Positions 28,312 through 37,192 of a DNA stretch of 64,000 bases are shown one piece after another (the first letter of the stretch is position 1; every line of letters begins with the position of its first letter). Source of the stretch: an uncultured archaeon (GTDB lineage Archaea > Thermoplasmatota > Thermoplasmata > Thermoplasmatales > Thermoplasmataceae); the NCBI GenBank assembly GCA_000965745.1, contig CP009479.1, forward strand, positions 2,048,001 through 2,112,000. Direction: 5' to 3'. The notes under the pieces are model-generated. The model had not been told where the DNA came from, ran no database searches, and worked only from the letters and a program-made list of their open reading frames with translations. A program made the translations under genes and the position numbers.

Positions 28312-30141
28312 TCACTCCGCTTGCTGATCGAGCTGCTCGGTTCTGTTTGGTCCATCAGGGCCGCTTCCATAGAGTTTCCTTATGTTTCGGTACAGAAGCA
28401 GAATGAAGTACGCGTTGGCCAATATTATGAATGGCAGGAGAAGAGAGCTCATGAATGATACCTTTTCTGCCTCAAGCTGGCCCAATGGGCTTGAAAAATA
28501 GTTGTATGAAAGATAGGGATTGATGAAATAGGTCAGGCTGTAAGTAAGGAAGAGATACACCACAGGTATCAGGGAAAGAAAAAATGCACTCGAATATTCC
28601 AGTTCAATGAGCAGGAGTGGGATGACCCAAATGAAATACTGCGGGTTTACGTAGTTGTATGTAAGGAAGAATACCGTAAGCACAACGATCATGTATCTCC
28701 CGGGATTGGGTTGGATCTTCCTGATAAGCAGGAAGGCAGTAAGGACGATGTAGAACGGTATGAATACATAGAGGAAGAGTGAGGGAAAGGTTTCTACCCC
28801 TAATGACCTGACAATCACCTGCCAGCTGACGCCATTTGAGGAGAAGAGCCCGAAAAATGTCGGCACTGATCGCGAGAAAAAAAGCTCTTTGAGGGATACT
28901 ATGACCGATCCGGTGAGGTAATACATTACGATGTCCGGGGACAATACGAGCAGGAACAGCCCCAGGTCGCGGACTTTCCTGCGGCTGTTCAACAGAATTA
29001 GCGGAAGCAGGAATACCGGAAAAATTTTGAAGGATGTCCCAAGCGCCGCCATGACGGCTGATGTTCCAGTCTTTCCCTGCCTTAATTCCACAATGGAAAA
29101 CAGGAGAAAGAAGGCCGAGAGCACATCAAGCTGCCCCCAGGCAATGCCAACAACCAGTACGTATGGGTTCAGAAGCCAGTACCTGTTCGCACGTGAGGAA
29201 TCAATGTAACCATTCCGCACAAGAAGGAGATAAGTTCCAACAGTGGCAGCCATCATTGGGACCTTTATCAGGGCGTAATACGGGATCAGGTATATTCCAT
29301 TCAGGGCACGCCAGGCCATGTAAGTGAAGCCGCTCACCGTGCCGGGGAAGTTGAGGAGTTCATTGCTCAGAGCTGGTAAACCAGCCAGATGGGCGGCAAC
29401 GTAGGAAAACATGCTGTAAAGAAGGTAGAGTGGCGGATATTCCCACTTCAGTGAAGGGGGGAAGAGGGCGGAGTGAACAAAGGGATTCACGCCACCATAA
29501 AGGCGTATTCCTGTCGAAATCATGAAAAAGGAGTCGTAGCGCTGGCCGAAAAGGGCAGCCAATGCAATGTATACCGGTATGAGCATTAGAAAAAGCCGGC
29601 GGTTGCTGAAATCCCATCCAATAAGCACAAGAAGGTAAAAAACCGATGTGAGCCCTATCAGTGTTTCAATGATCAATGGCCTGTTCGAATGCACAACATT
29701 CAGGTGGAATGCAAAATGTAAGGTATCGTTGAATGAAATTATTCCCACAGGATGATTGCCCAGGACCTCGGAAGGCCTGATTGTTATGAAAGCCCTGAGA
29801 TACCCGTCGTTGTACTGGTTTATCTCATATGGGTGCGTGGTTACATTGCCGGAATTGATAGATACGGACAGATTCCTCTCCAATGATTGTGGCACTTCTC
29901 CGAATATCTGGATCTGAAATGTCCCATGGTTCAATGCAGTGGACACAAGTTTTTTTGGCGTGACAGTGAGGTTGATGTCCCCGGAGTGGATATAAGCCGC
30001 GTTTTGATTCTGTAGTGAAATGGCCTCATCGGACAGTGCTGCCACGGAAACCAGAAGGACAATAAATACTACAGCTATTATCTTCCTCTGTCTTTTCAAA
30101 ATGCCCTTGAGTCCATCACTTAATCCGGACCGGAATTTCAC
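28312..30141 (-). CDS. GT-C fold membrane glycosyltransferase (GT87/PIG-M-like) with N-terminal extracellular domain
   Basis: YD, YPPL, LLNP..WGQLD, KIFP, VNPQYFIW..PLL; more than 10 TM helices. Confidence 0.8.
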   Translation of the reverse strand: MKFRSGLSDGLKGILKRQRKIIAVVFIVLLVSVAALSDEAISLQNQNAAYIHSGDINLTVTPKKLVSTALNHGTFQIQIFGEVPQSLERNLSVSINSGNVTTHPYEINQYNDGYLRAFITIRPSEVLGNHPVGIISFNDTLHFAFHLNVVHSNRPLIIETLIGLTSVFYLLVLIGWDFSNRRLFLMLIPVYIALAALFGQRYDSFFMISTGIRLYGGVNPFVHSALFPPSLKWEYPPLYLLYSMFSYVAAHLAGLPALSNELLNFPGTVSGFTYMAWRALNGIYLIPYYALIKVPMMAATVGTYLLLVRNGYIDSSRANRYWLLNPYVLVVGIAWGQLDVLSAFFLLFSIVELRQGKTGTSAVMAALGTSFKIFPVFLLPLILLNSRRKVRDLGLFLLVLSPDIVMYYLTGSVIVSLKELFFSRSVPTFFGLFSSNGVSWQVIVRSLGVETFPSLFLYVFIPFYIVLTAFLLIRKIQPNPGRYMIVVLTVFFLTYNYVNPQYFIWVIPLLLIELEYSSAFFLSLIPVVYLFLTYSLTYFINPYLSYNYFSSPLGQLEAEKVSFMSSLLLPFIILANAYFILLLYRNIRKLYGSGPDGPNRTEQLDQQAE

Positions 30142-30316
30142 CAGTCATTATATTAATGCAGCGTAATAAATTCTGTGCAGGCATCAATGCCCTGGATCGT
30201 TTGTTCTTATCTTTTTGAATCCGGGCCACATGCCGGTAAGGTTTGAATGCGCCACCATTCCATGTCGTTCCAGGAAATACAAAAATGTGAAAAAATGGAA
30301 CCTGCATGTTCAGGCA

Positions 30317-31138
30317 ATGAGGGAAGCGAAGACTTCCGAATCTGCAGACCCGGCAGTGCCACATATTGATGTGATCATCAGGACATTCAATTCTGCAAGG
30401 ACTCTTGAGCCCTGCATGAAATCTATTGCCGCGAACATACCCTTCAGGAAAATAATCGTGGTTGACCACAATAGCACGGACTCTACCGCAGAAATTGCAC
30501 GCAAATTCGGTGCAGAAATACACACGGAAAATGTAGGCCTGGGTTACGCGACCACTTTGGGAATTTCGCATTCGGCAACGGATTACATCCTATTTGTTGA
30601 CAGCGACGTCATGATAATCAGGGATGATTTTCTCCGCGAGGCTCTCGTCAAACTCCAATCGGGGAGAACTGGGGCAATTGTTGGTACAGCAAAGGGGCAT
30701 CCATTCCTTTACGGACTCCCTCTCGGCCTTACACTCTTTCGCAGGAAAGACATGGAGGATATGAAGATCCCGGCAGAAATACAGGGCAGTGAGACTTACC
30801 ACATCAGGATGGAAGTGCGGAGACGGCGCATGAAGGTGAAGTACCTGAAGGACTCCATGATTCACAATTCAGTTTACAGAACCTTCAGGTACTGGCCAGA
30901 ATGGCAAGGTTCCCAGGTAAGGGTGAGCTCCGGGGTCAATCCATGGGAGCTGTTGTATTCATTTCTGGTAATCTTTCTCATCTTGTCAAATTCAAAATCC
31001 TTGCGTAACCTCGCCTATCTTCCAGTATTCATCGTAAAATTCCTGATAGGATACAGTAATCCCGCCAGGTGGGGGAACATGGATCGGAGAAGGCTGACAC
31101 CTCCAAGTCTCAGTCCGGATAACTTGAAATATGAATAA
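30317..31138 (+). CDS. Glycosyltransferase family 2
   Basis: IIRTFNS, VVDHNSTDST, FVDSD; start at ATG 30317 inferred. Confidence 0.9.
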   Translation: MREAKTSESADPAVPHIDVIIRTFNSARTLEPCMKSIAANIPFRKIIVVDHNSTDSTAEIARKFGAEIHTENVGLGYATTLGISHSATDYILFVDSDVMIIRDDFLREALVKLQSGRTGAIVGTAKGHPFLYGLPLGLTLFRRKDMEDMKIPAEIQGSETYHIRMEVRRRRMKVKYLKDSMIHNSVYRTFRYWPEWQGSQVRVSSGVNPWELLYSFLVIFLILSNSKSLRNLAYLPVFIVKFLIGYSNPARWGNMDRRRLTPPSLSPDNLKYE

Positions 31139-31156
31139 GGCGTAACAAGGTACGGC

Positions 31157-31366
31157 ATGAAGATCTATTCCGAGCGGTTTCCACTGAAATATCTTTTCGC
31201 CAATGAAGGAATATGCCTGGGGGTCGACACCAAAAAATCATCATACCTTCTCCTGGTGTGCAAGCATGGAATAATATTCAGGAAGAGGCCCGTGGGCGAT
31301 ACGGTCGTTGAGAACCTTGATTACAGGATATATGACATTTATGACAGCATAGCGGGTTCCGAGTGA
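31157..31366 (+). CDS. Small hypothetical protein (69 aa)
   Basis: Sits co-oriented between the GT2 and methyltransferase genes with short spacers and an AAGGT RBS-like element. Confidence 0.65.
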   Translation: MKIYSERFPLKYLFANEGICLGVDTKKSSYLLLVCKHGIIFRKRPVGDTVVENLDYRIYDIYDSIAGSE

Positions 31367-31408
31367 ATGCGTCAAATTTAAGAGAGGATGAACGAATATA
31401 CAATCTGA

Positions 31409-32557
31409 TTGACGACGAACGTTAATAAGGAAAGATCACTGGATCTTCTGGCAGACACAGGAAGAGTGACACTCGCCTTTGTTTCTGAAAACATGAAGGT
31501 TTATATCATCTCGAACGACTTCAGGAACAGATGGCCCTCCCACGTTCTTCGGGAAAGCAGGGCCACCCTTTTCCTGGAGGGCCGGAAGAGAATGGGAAAA
31601 GCCGGATTGATAACCTCTCCCGGCAAAAAAGATGAGATCATGAAACTTTTCCGGGACAAGTACGGGGAGGCATACACAGATCATTATTTCAGGCACCCCA
31701 GCAGGTTCATAGAGATCGATACCTCATCCCTTCCCCTTCGGGAGAAAGACGGCTATTATGGCTGGCTTGAGGACGAGTTTGACAACATAGCTGAAGAATA
31801 CGACAGGCATATCTTCGGGAACAGAGTAAATTCACTTCTGAGGGAGAGGTCAGTTGCCCTGATGAGGAGAACATTCATTGGAAGGAAAAGGCTTCTCGAA
31901 ATCGGATGTGGGACGGGTACCGAAACTCTTGAGCTCCTGAGGGACGGTCATGAAATAACTGCCACGGACATCTCAACCAGGATGATAGATCAGCTGAGAA
32001 GGAAGGTGAAAGAAGAGGGACTTTCGGAACAGCTGTCACTGCACAGGGCCCGGGCAGGAAGAATTTCAGAAGTGCTTTCAGACGGGGAAAGGGGTGTTTT
32101 CGACGGGATATACTCAAACTTTGGTGCCCTCAACTGCGAGGAAAACCTTGGAGACATCTCTCCGCAGATATGGACTCTACTGACCGATAAAGGACCTTTT
32201 GTTTCGGGCGTGTACAATAGGTACTGCATGTCGGAAATCCTATTGTATATGCTGACTTTTCAGCCCGGGAAGGTACATGACCGCATGAGGAGGCATTCAA
32301 TGGAGGGGCACTCACGCTTCTGTGTGGACATATTCTCATATGGGCCCTCTGAATTCTTCTCCTTTTTCCGAAAATATTTCTTGCTCAGATCCGTCGAAGG
32401 CGTCCCGGTAATAATTCCGCCTTCCAATCTTGTGGACTATGTCGAAAAGTTCAGCTCGCATTTCACCGTTCTCAAGAAACTGGACAGAACTCTTGGAGCC
32501 CTGTGGCCCTTCAAGTACCTGGGTGATCATTTCCTCATGGTAATGCAGAAAAAATAG
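31409..32557 (+). CDS. Class I SAM methyltransferase with N-terminal split-barrel (pyridoxamine oxidase/deazaflavin nitroreductase-like) domain
   Basis: N-terminal GRVTLAFV..YIIS..W..HV..LFRDKYG; C-terminal FD..AEEYD, LEIGCGTG, TDIS..M, FDGIYSNFGALNC. Confidence 0.8.
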   Translation: MTTNVNKERSLDLLADTGRVTLAFVSENMKVYIISNDFRNRWPSHVLRESRATLFLEGRKRMGKAGLITSPGKKDEIMKLFRDKYGEAYTDHYFRHPSRFIEIDTSSLPLREKDGYYGWLEDEFDNIAEEYDRHIFGNRVNSLLRERSVALMRRTFIGRKRLLEIGCGTGTETLELLRDGHEITATDISTRMIDQLRRKVKEEGLSEQLSLHRARAGRISEVLSDGERGVFDGIYSNFGALNCEENLGDISPQIWTLLTDKGPFVSGVYNRYCMSEILLYMLTFQPGKVHDRMRRHSMEGHSRFCVDIFSYGPSEFFSFFRKYFLLRSVEGVPVIIPPSNLVDYVEKFSSHFTVLKKLDRTLGALWPFKYLGDHFLMVMQKK

Positions 32558-32834
32558 GCCGGGCAAACTTCATCGCAACACCTGATGCAATCTGCATGAA
32601 ACTTGCTCTGCCATCGTGTATTGTTGTTCAGCACCGGTGTTGGAGACTTTTTGCCATGGATACTTCCGGGAGCCGCGCCAGGTTTACCTGATACGAAAAT
32701 GTAACACAGACTCCCTAATATATTGGCTTTGCATAGTAAATTAACTTGGCAGCCCTTTATTTACTATCTCTGTGCCTTTTCATTCTCCAGACTTATTACA
32801 TGGAAATGTATATAAGCTTTAAGGCAGTTTATAC

Positions 32835-33296
32835 TTGGTGAGCATTATGGATGATAGTAGCCGGGAAAAAAGACCAGTCTCACTCTCTGCAATAATGGTA
32901 TCAGGCATTATTGCTCTTGCGTCAAGTATATTCCTTCTTGTATACGACAAGAACCTGATGAATCATGCCATGCTCCATTGGTACGGTTTAATTGCTTATG
33001 TAATCATAATCGTGATTCTGCTCGGATTATCCGCAGGCAGGTCAAAGGGAGCATTTGTGGGCCTCATAATAATACCGGTTGTCTTCATTGTACTGATACT
33101 GGCAGATGCTGCATTAAACCTGCCTCTAAGCAGCTTCCATTCAACAAGCCCCTCCATGCTGGGCTGGAGGTACCTGTTCGGATTTGGAGCTGCGGGTGAG
33201 GGATCAACAGCCATAAGATCATCCGCACTGGTTATTGATCTGGTGGCATCTGCAGTTCTGATAGGTGCTTCGGTGCGTGCCCTGATGAAGAAGTAG
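32835..33296 (+). CDS. Membrane protein (4 TM)
   Basis: Hydrophobic helices, HWYGL motif. Confidence 0.75.
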   Translation: MVSIMDDSSREKRPVSLSAIMVSGIIALASSIFLLVYDKNLMNHAMLHWYGLIAYVIIIVILLGLSAGRSKGAFVGLIIIPVVFIVLILADAALNLPLSSFHSTSPSMLGWRYLFGFGAAGEGSTAIRSSALVIDLVASAVLIGASVRALMKK

Positions 33297-33370
33297 GCCC
33301 TCTCGTGGTTGAGGGTTGTTCTGCCGCGATGCAGAAACCTTAGTTTACCGTATTCCGAAAGGTTGCAGCA

Positions 33371-34234
33371 TTATCCGACAAGAGGCCAGATAATCATGTC
33401 CATGTCATGCCTCATATCTCTTTTCGACATGAGAATTGAGAGTGCTTCAATGCCTACTACAAATGGCAGATGGAAGATCCTTTTCCAGTCCTCGGCTATA
33501 ACTTTCCACATTATATTGAACAGTAGAGGCAGGTTCCTGAAATTGAGATCATTCATGACGACCGGCCTCATGTTGATTGAGGCCAGCTGCCTGTGGCCGA
33601 AGTTCACTCTTTTCCTCTGCCTGATCAGATCGATGATGGTTTCCGGAACAGTGTTCCAGACCGTTATATCGGAAGCGTATCTTGCACTGTATCCGAGTTC
33701 TATGGCTCTGAGGCAGATATACGCATCGTCGTTCACCACCTCTCTCAGGTCCTTGAGTAGCGAGCTTCTGACAATCAGCACTTCTCCTCCGTGCAGAGAT
33801 TTCCCCGACCTTTCCAGCTCCATGAGATGAAGGTTTCTCACAGCCCATATTGCCGAAGCAATCCTGGTAGGAAATGTCCGGTCATTCGTGGGCACAACCT
33901 TTGGAACAACAACGCCCGTCCTTTGGTCAAAGTACCCCAGAGCCTTCCAGATTGTTTCCGGCTGAAACGATACATCGCTGCATATTAGGAATGTGAGGTC
34001 CCCAGAAATATGTTCCACAGCCCTTCTGAGAGCGGGCATTTTCCCAATCCTCTCATTTTCAAAAAACACACGAAGCCTGGGATCACCAAGGGAGGATACA
34101 TAGTCATATGTTCCATCATTTCCTCCGACAGCCAGTATGATCTCGTCAAAACTGCACTCAAGTACGCATCCGAGATTTTTTCTGAGTGATGAAACATCGT
34201 TGTAACCGGTAACGATCGCAGAGACTCTCATCAC
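33371..34234 (-). CDS. Glycosyltransferase family 2 (QxxRW-like, processive type)
   Basis: TGYND, NDGT, GKMPAL, CSD, NDD, RQRKRV. Confidence 0.85.
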   Translation of the reverse strand: MMRVSAIVTGYNDVSSLRKNLGCVLECSFDEIILAVGGNDGTYDYVSSLGDPRLRVFFENERIGKMPALRRAVEHISGDLTFLICSDVSFQPETIWKALGYFDQRTGVVVPKVVPTNDRTFPTRIASAIWAVRNLHLMELERSGKSLHGGEVLIVRSSLLKDLREVVNDDAYICLRAIELGYSARYASDITVWNTVPETIIDLIRQRKRVNFGHRQLASINMRPVVMNDLNFRNLPLLFNIMWKVIAEDWKRIFHLPFVVGIEALSILMSKRDMRHDMDMIIWPLVG

Positions 34235-34875
34235 TCATCAGCTACCCCTTCAGGAACCATGTTCCTCATCTCGTGGTACTTTTCCGAATCAAAATAGAAA
34301 GAATGCATTGAGACAACAGTGGCAAAGAGTTCAGCAAGCCTGTTCTCCTTCAGGTATCTGTGGTTGTTGAACATCGACTTCAGGATGACCCACACGGAAA
34401 GCAGCAGGAATACCAGCGGCTCCACCGATAATCTTCCGCTGCGTCCGTCATTTTCGTTCGGGAAATAGCCGTTGGAAACTTCATCGGGGAAGTATCTTCT
34501 CACGAAGGGTGAGTTGTTCAGGAGGCTCTGGTAGTATTCACCCCCTCTGTATGGGATTACATGCACCGAGTCAGAAGCGAGGAGGTAGTCCCCGCTCTGC
34601 GAGAAAAAGGACCAGGCGAAACTTTCATCCATCACCAGAGATATGCAGATCTTTCTGTCGCCGTTCAGGATTCTTATTATGAATGCTCTCAGCAGTGTGG
34701 TCCAGAGCCTCCTGTTTTTCGTGATCAGGAAGATGTCTATGTCGTCATTATCATGCGGATTGTATGAAACAGACCCAGATATGCCAGAGAAAACGATGTC
34801 CCGGCTTCCGACCCTTTCAAGAAATCTGAATCCTCTTGACACCATGTGATCCTTTGCATTCATGGGAAAATTCAC
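34231..34875 (-). CDS. Pol-beta superfamily nucleotidyltransferase-like protein
   Basis: GISGSVSY..DDIDIFLIT..RLW signature; ATGA overlap with the GT2 gene. Confidence 0.7.
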   Translation of the reverse strand: MNFPMNAKDHMVSRGFRFLERVGSRDIVFSGISGSVSYNPHDNDDIDIFLITKNRRLWTTLLRAFIIRILNGDRKICISLVMDESFAWSFFSQSGDYLLASDSVHVIPYRGGEYYQSLLNNSPFVRRYFPDEVSNGYFPNENDGRSGRLSVEPLVFLLLSVWVILKSMFNNHRYLKENRLAELFATVVSMHSFYFDSEKYHEMRNMVPEGVADE

Positions 34876-35245
34876 CTACGGAGTTAATGTTTGTTGAATA
34901 TAGCCACATTGGGTATTATAATATTTTGCAAGAAATATTCCCTGTGTGATATCCTGAGTTCCGCGTAAGATATTTTCAATTCGTATCCTCTCTTGTCTCT
35001 GTAGGCGCCCCCCTGAATGCAAGAGGATCGTCAGCAGAATACTTCCTGTATTTTTACTTCAAAGCTTCGTCAAGCAAGCTGCATGCGGGAACATGGCTAT
35101 TTCACCAATAAATGCCAGTATTACCACAACGGGCAACTGCAATCTGAGTTTGCGAAAACCATTCCCTGTGTTGACCCAAGTGGGGCAAAGAATGCCCTGG
35201 TGACCGGAGTCCTTTAATGAATAGTTCCCAGCTGGACTCATCGAG

Positions 35246-35872
35246 TCAGTAGAACAGCAGAATGAGGCCCAAAATTACTAGGGCAATCCCGGACACCCCC
35301 TTTAGCAGCCGGAAACGCCCCCTGACAATCCTGGCGAACTGCTGCCTGAATGTCAAAGCCACGAATAGAGCAACCACTACAGCAACGATGCCTGCACTGA
35401 TCGCCTCAAGTGGATGGCCGTTGATGCCGAGCGGTATCATGATTGCGACAATCTCCACCTCCTCAATAGCCACGAGCTGAGTGGCAAGAGCCAGCGTTCG
35501 ACGACCGCCCTTCTCAAGTTCCCTGGCTTCGCTGACCTCCTCTGGTTCTTCCTCCTTTTTGAGCACGGAGAATAGGAGCCAGCCAATTCCCACCGCAATC
35601 AGGATTACGGCACCTGCCTTCTGGACGAGGGGGAAATAAGACCGGAAGAGAAGAGGTGCGAGGACGACGAAGACGGCGGATACGGGAAGCACGATGAAGC
35701 TGGCAGCCGCATAAGCAAGGAGCAGCATTCTCCAGCCGAACATCCGTGCGTAGATCAGGTTCACCAAGTTGTCCTCGATCATCTCATAGGATAAGGCTCC
35801 AAGAGCAGCGAATAGTACTATGAAACTGAACATCTGAACTTGAATCCCCCTTGTCAACTTGAATTTACTCAT
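35246..35872 (-). CDS. COG4280/TMEM165-like (LysE superfamily) membrane protein
   Basis: Two 3-TM halves with ExxE motifs (YEMIE, IEEVE) and a charged loop; start at ATG 35872 inferred. Confidence 0.6.
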   Translation of the reverse strand: MSKFKLTRGIQVQMFSFIVLFAALGALSYEMIEDNLVNLIYARMFGWRMLLLAYAAASFIVLPVSAVFVVLAPLLFRSYFPLVQKAGAVILIAVGIGWLLFSVLKKEEEPEEVSEARELEKGGRRTLALATQLVAIEEVEIVAIMIPLGINGHPLEAISAGIVAVVVALFVALTFRQQFARIVRGRFRLLKGVSGIALVILGLILLFY

Positions 35873-36131
35873 GACTCTAAATGTGCCGCAGATCAAGGTT
35901 CTCGTGCTACAATTCAGGCTATGCGTGGGGAACAACAGGTTATTACATATTAGGCAACCCTGTTAACTTGAGGCTTGTTTTAAAGATAAACAGTCATCCT
36001 GGCGATATGCCACACTGATGCCCTGGATTTGAGAGGCCAGTTTCAGGATGTAAAATCATGCTGTGCCCCCACATTTCCTTGACTGCATTCATTTGGGCTG
36101 ACATCAGGCTGATCACTCGAGGCGACTTGAA

Positions 36132-36392
36132 ATGAATAGTGAAATCAAAGCTGATAGAATAGCGGACGCGAGGGATACCTTATGCCCCGGGCCGTTCTGG
36201 GAATTGATAAAAGTATATAGCTCTGCGAAGGAGGACGACGTCATCTCACTATATTCTACAGAAGAGTATGACATCGAGACTAAGACGGATGCCCCCGTCT
36301 GGATCGATAAGACCGGGAACAAACTGATCGGTGTCTTCGACAGGGAAGGATACTATGAAATAATGATGAGGAAGACGAAAAAGGGCCGTTAA
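36132..36392 (+). CDS. tusA: TusA/SirA family sulfur carrier
   Basis: [10 protein letters not shown] motif. Confidence 0.85.
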   Translation: MNSEIKADRIADARDTLCPGPFWELIKVYSSAKEDDVISLYSTEEYDIETKTDAPVWIDKTGNKLIGVFDREGYYEIMMRKTKKGR

Positions 36393-36447
36393 TTTTCTCT
36401 TCCGGTACTTACTCCAAATTTAAGTAGAAATCAAGAATATCATATTC

Positions 36448-36810
36448 ATGGAATATCGGAAGCTTACCCCCGAAGAAGAAAGAATAATTGTCCATAAGGG
36501 TACAGAAATTCCTTTCACAGGAGAATATGAAGATAATTACAGGAAAGGCACATACTACTGCAGAAGGTGCAATACCCCACTATACAAATCAGAGAGCAAA
36601 TTTGATGCCAGGTGTGGATGGCCAAGCTTTGATGATGAAATAGAAGGAGCTGTCAAGAGGATCCAGGACGCTGATGGAATAAGAACCGAAATCCAGTGCA
36701 ATAATTGCGGAGCCCATCTTGGGCATGTATTTCTGGGCGAGGGATTCACTCCTAAGAACGTCAGGCATTGCGTGAACTCAATCTCCCTGGTTTTCATGCC
36801 AGAGGAATAA
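36448..36810 (+). CDS. msrB: Peptide methionine sulfoxide reductase B
   Basis: GTE.PF.G, CRRC, GWPSF, RTEI.C..CGAHLGHVF, RHCVNS. Confidence 0.97.
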   Translation: MEYRKLTPEEERIIVHKGTEIPFTGEYEDNYRKGTYYCRRCNTPLYKSESKFDARCGWPSFDDEIEGAVKRIQDADGIRTEIQCNNCGAHLGHVFLGEGFTPKNVRHCVNSISLVFMPEE

Positions 36811-37192
36811 ACCCTGGCAAGTTTCCCATTACGGGCTTTTCTGACAACATTGGAATGTTGGCTTATTCCCATAACACTTTCCGGAATCTGGATGATAGGA
36901 GGACGGTCTCCCGAAGCCATCCGATCAATCCCCGCTTATTGGCAGAAGATTTGGTTGGCTCCCTCAAGGATTGGTTTTCCCTGCACTGAAGAATTTGAAG
37001 TAGAACTTCCTTTATACGGGCGCGCGCATATCATTGTTCCATATATTGATAAAATTGAACAGTTTCCATTCCAGCGGCACCCCGCCAGCCATGGGTCGGA
37101 TCAACTGTTCATGCGGGCCATGGGATCTCCGGGGGCTTAACAGTTAGGCTATGCTCTTTTTTTGAAACCGCCGATAATTCCTAATTAGAGGG

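Noticed and set aside
35873-36131. yybP-ykoY (Mn2+) riboswitch upstream of the TMEM165-like gene
   Set aside because: Only a simple hairpin was found; the conserved riboswitch motifs are absent.
36811-37192. Decayed gene between msrB and the FDH operon
   Set aside because: Short protein-like fragments exist on the minus strand but none can be assigned to a family with any confidence.
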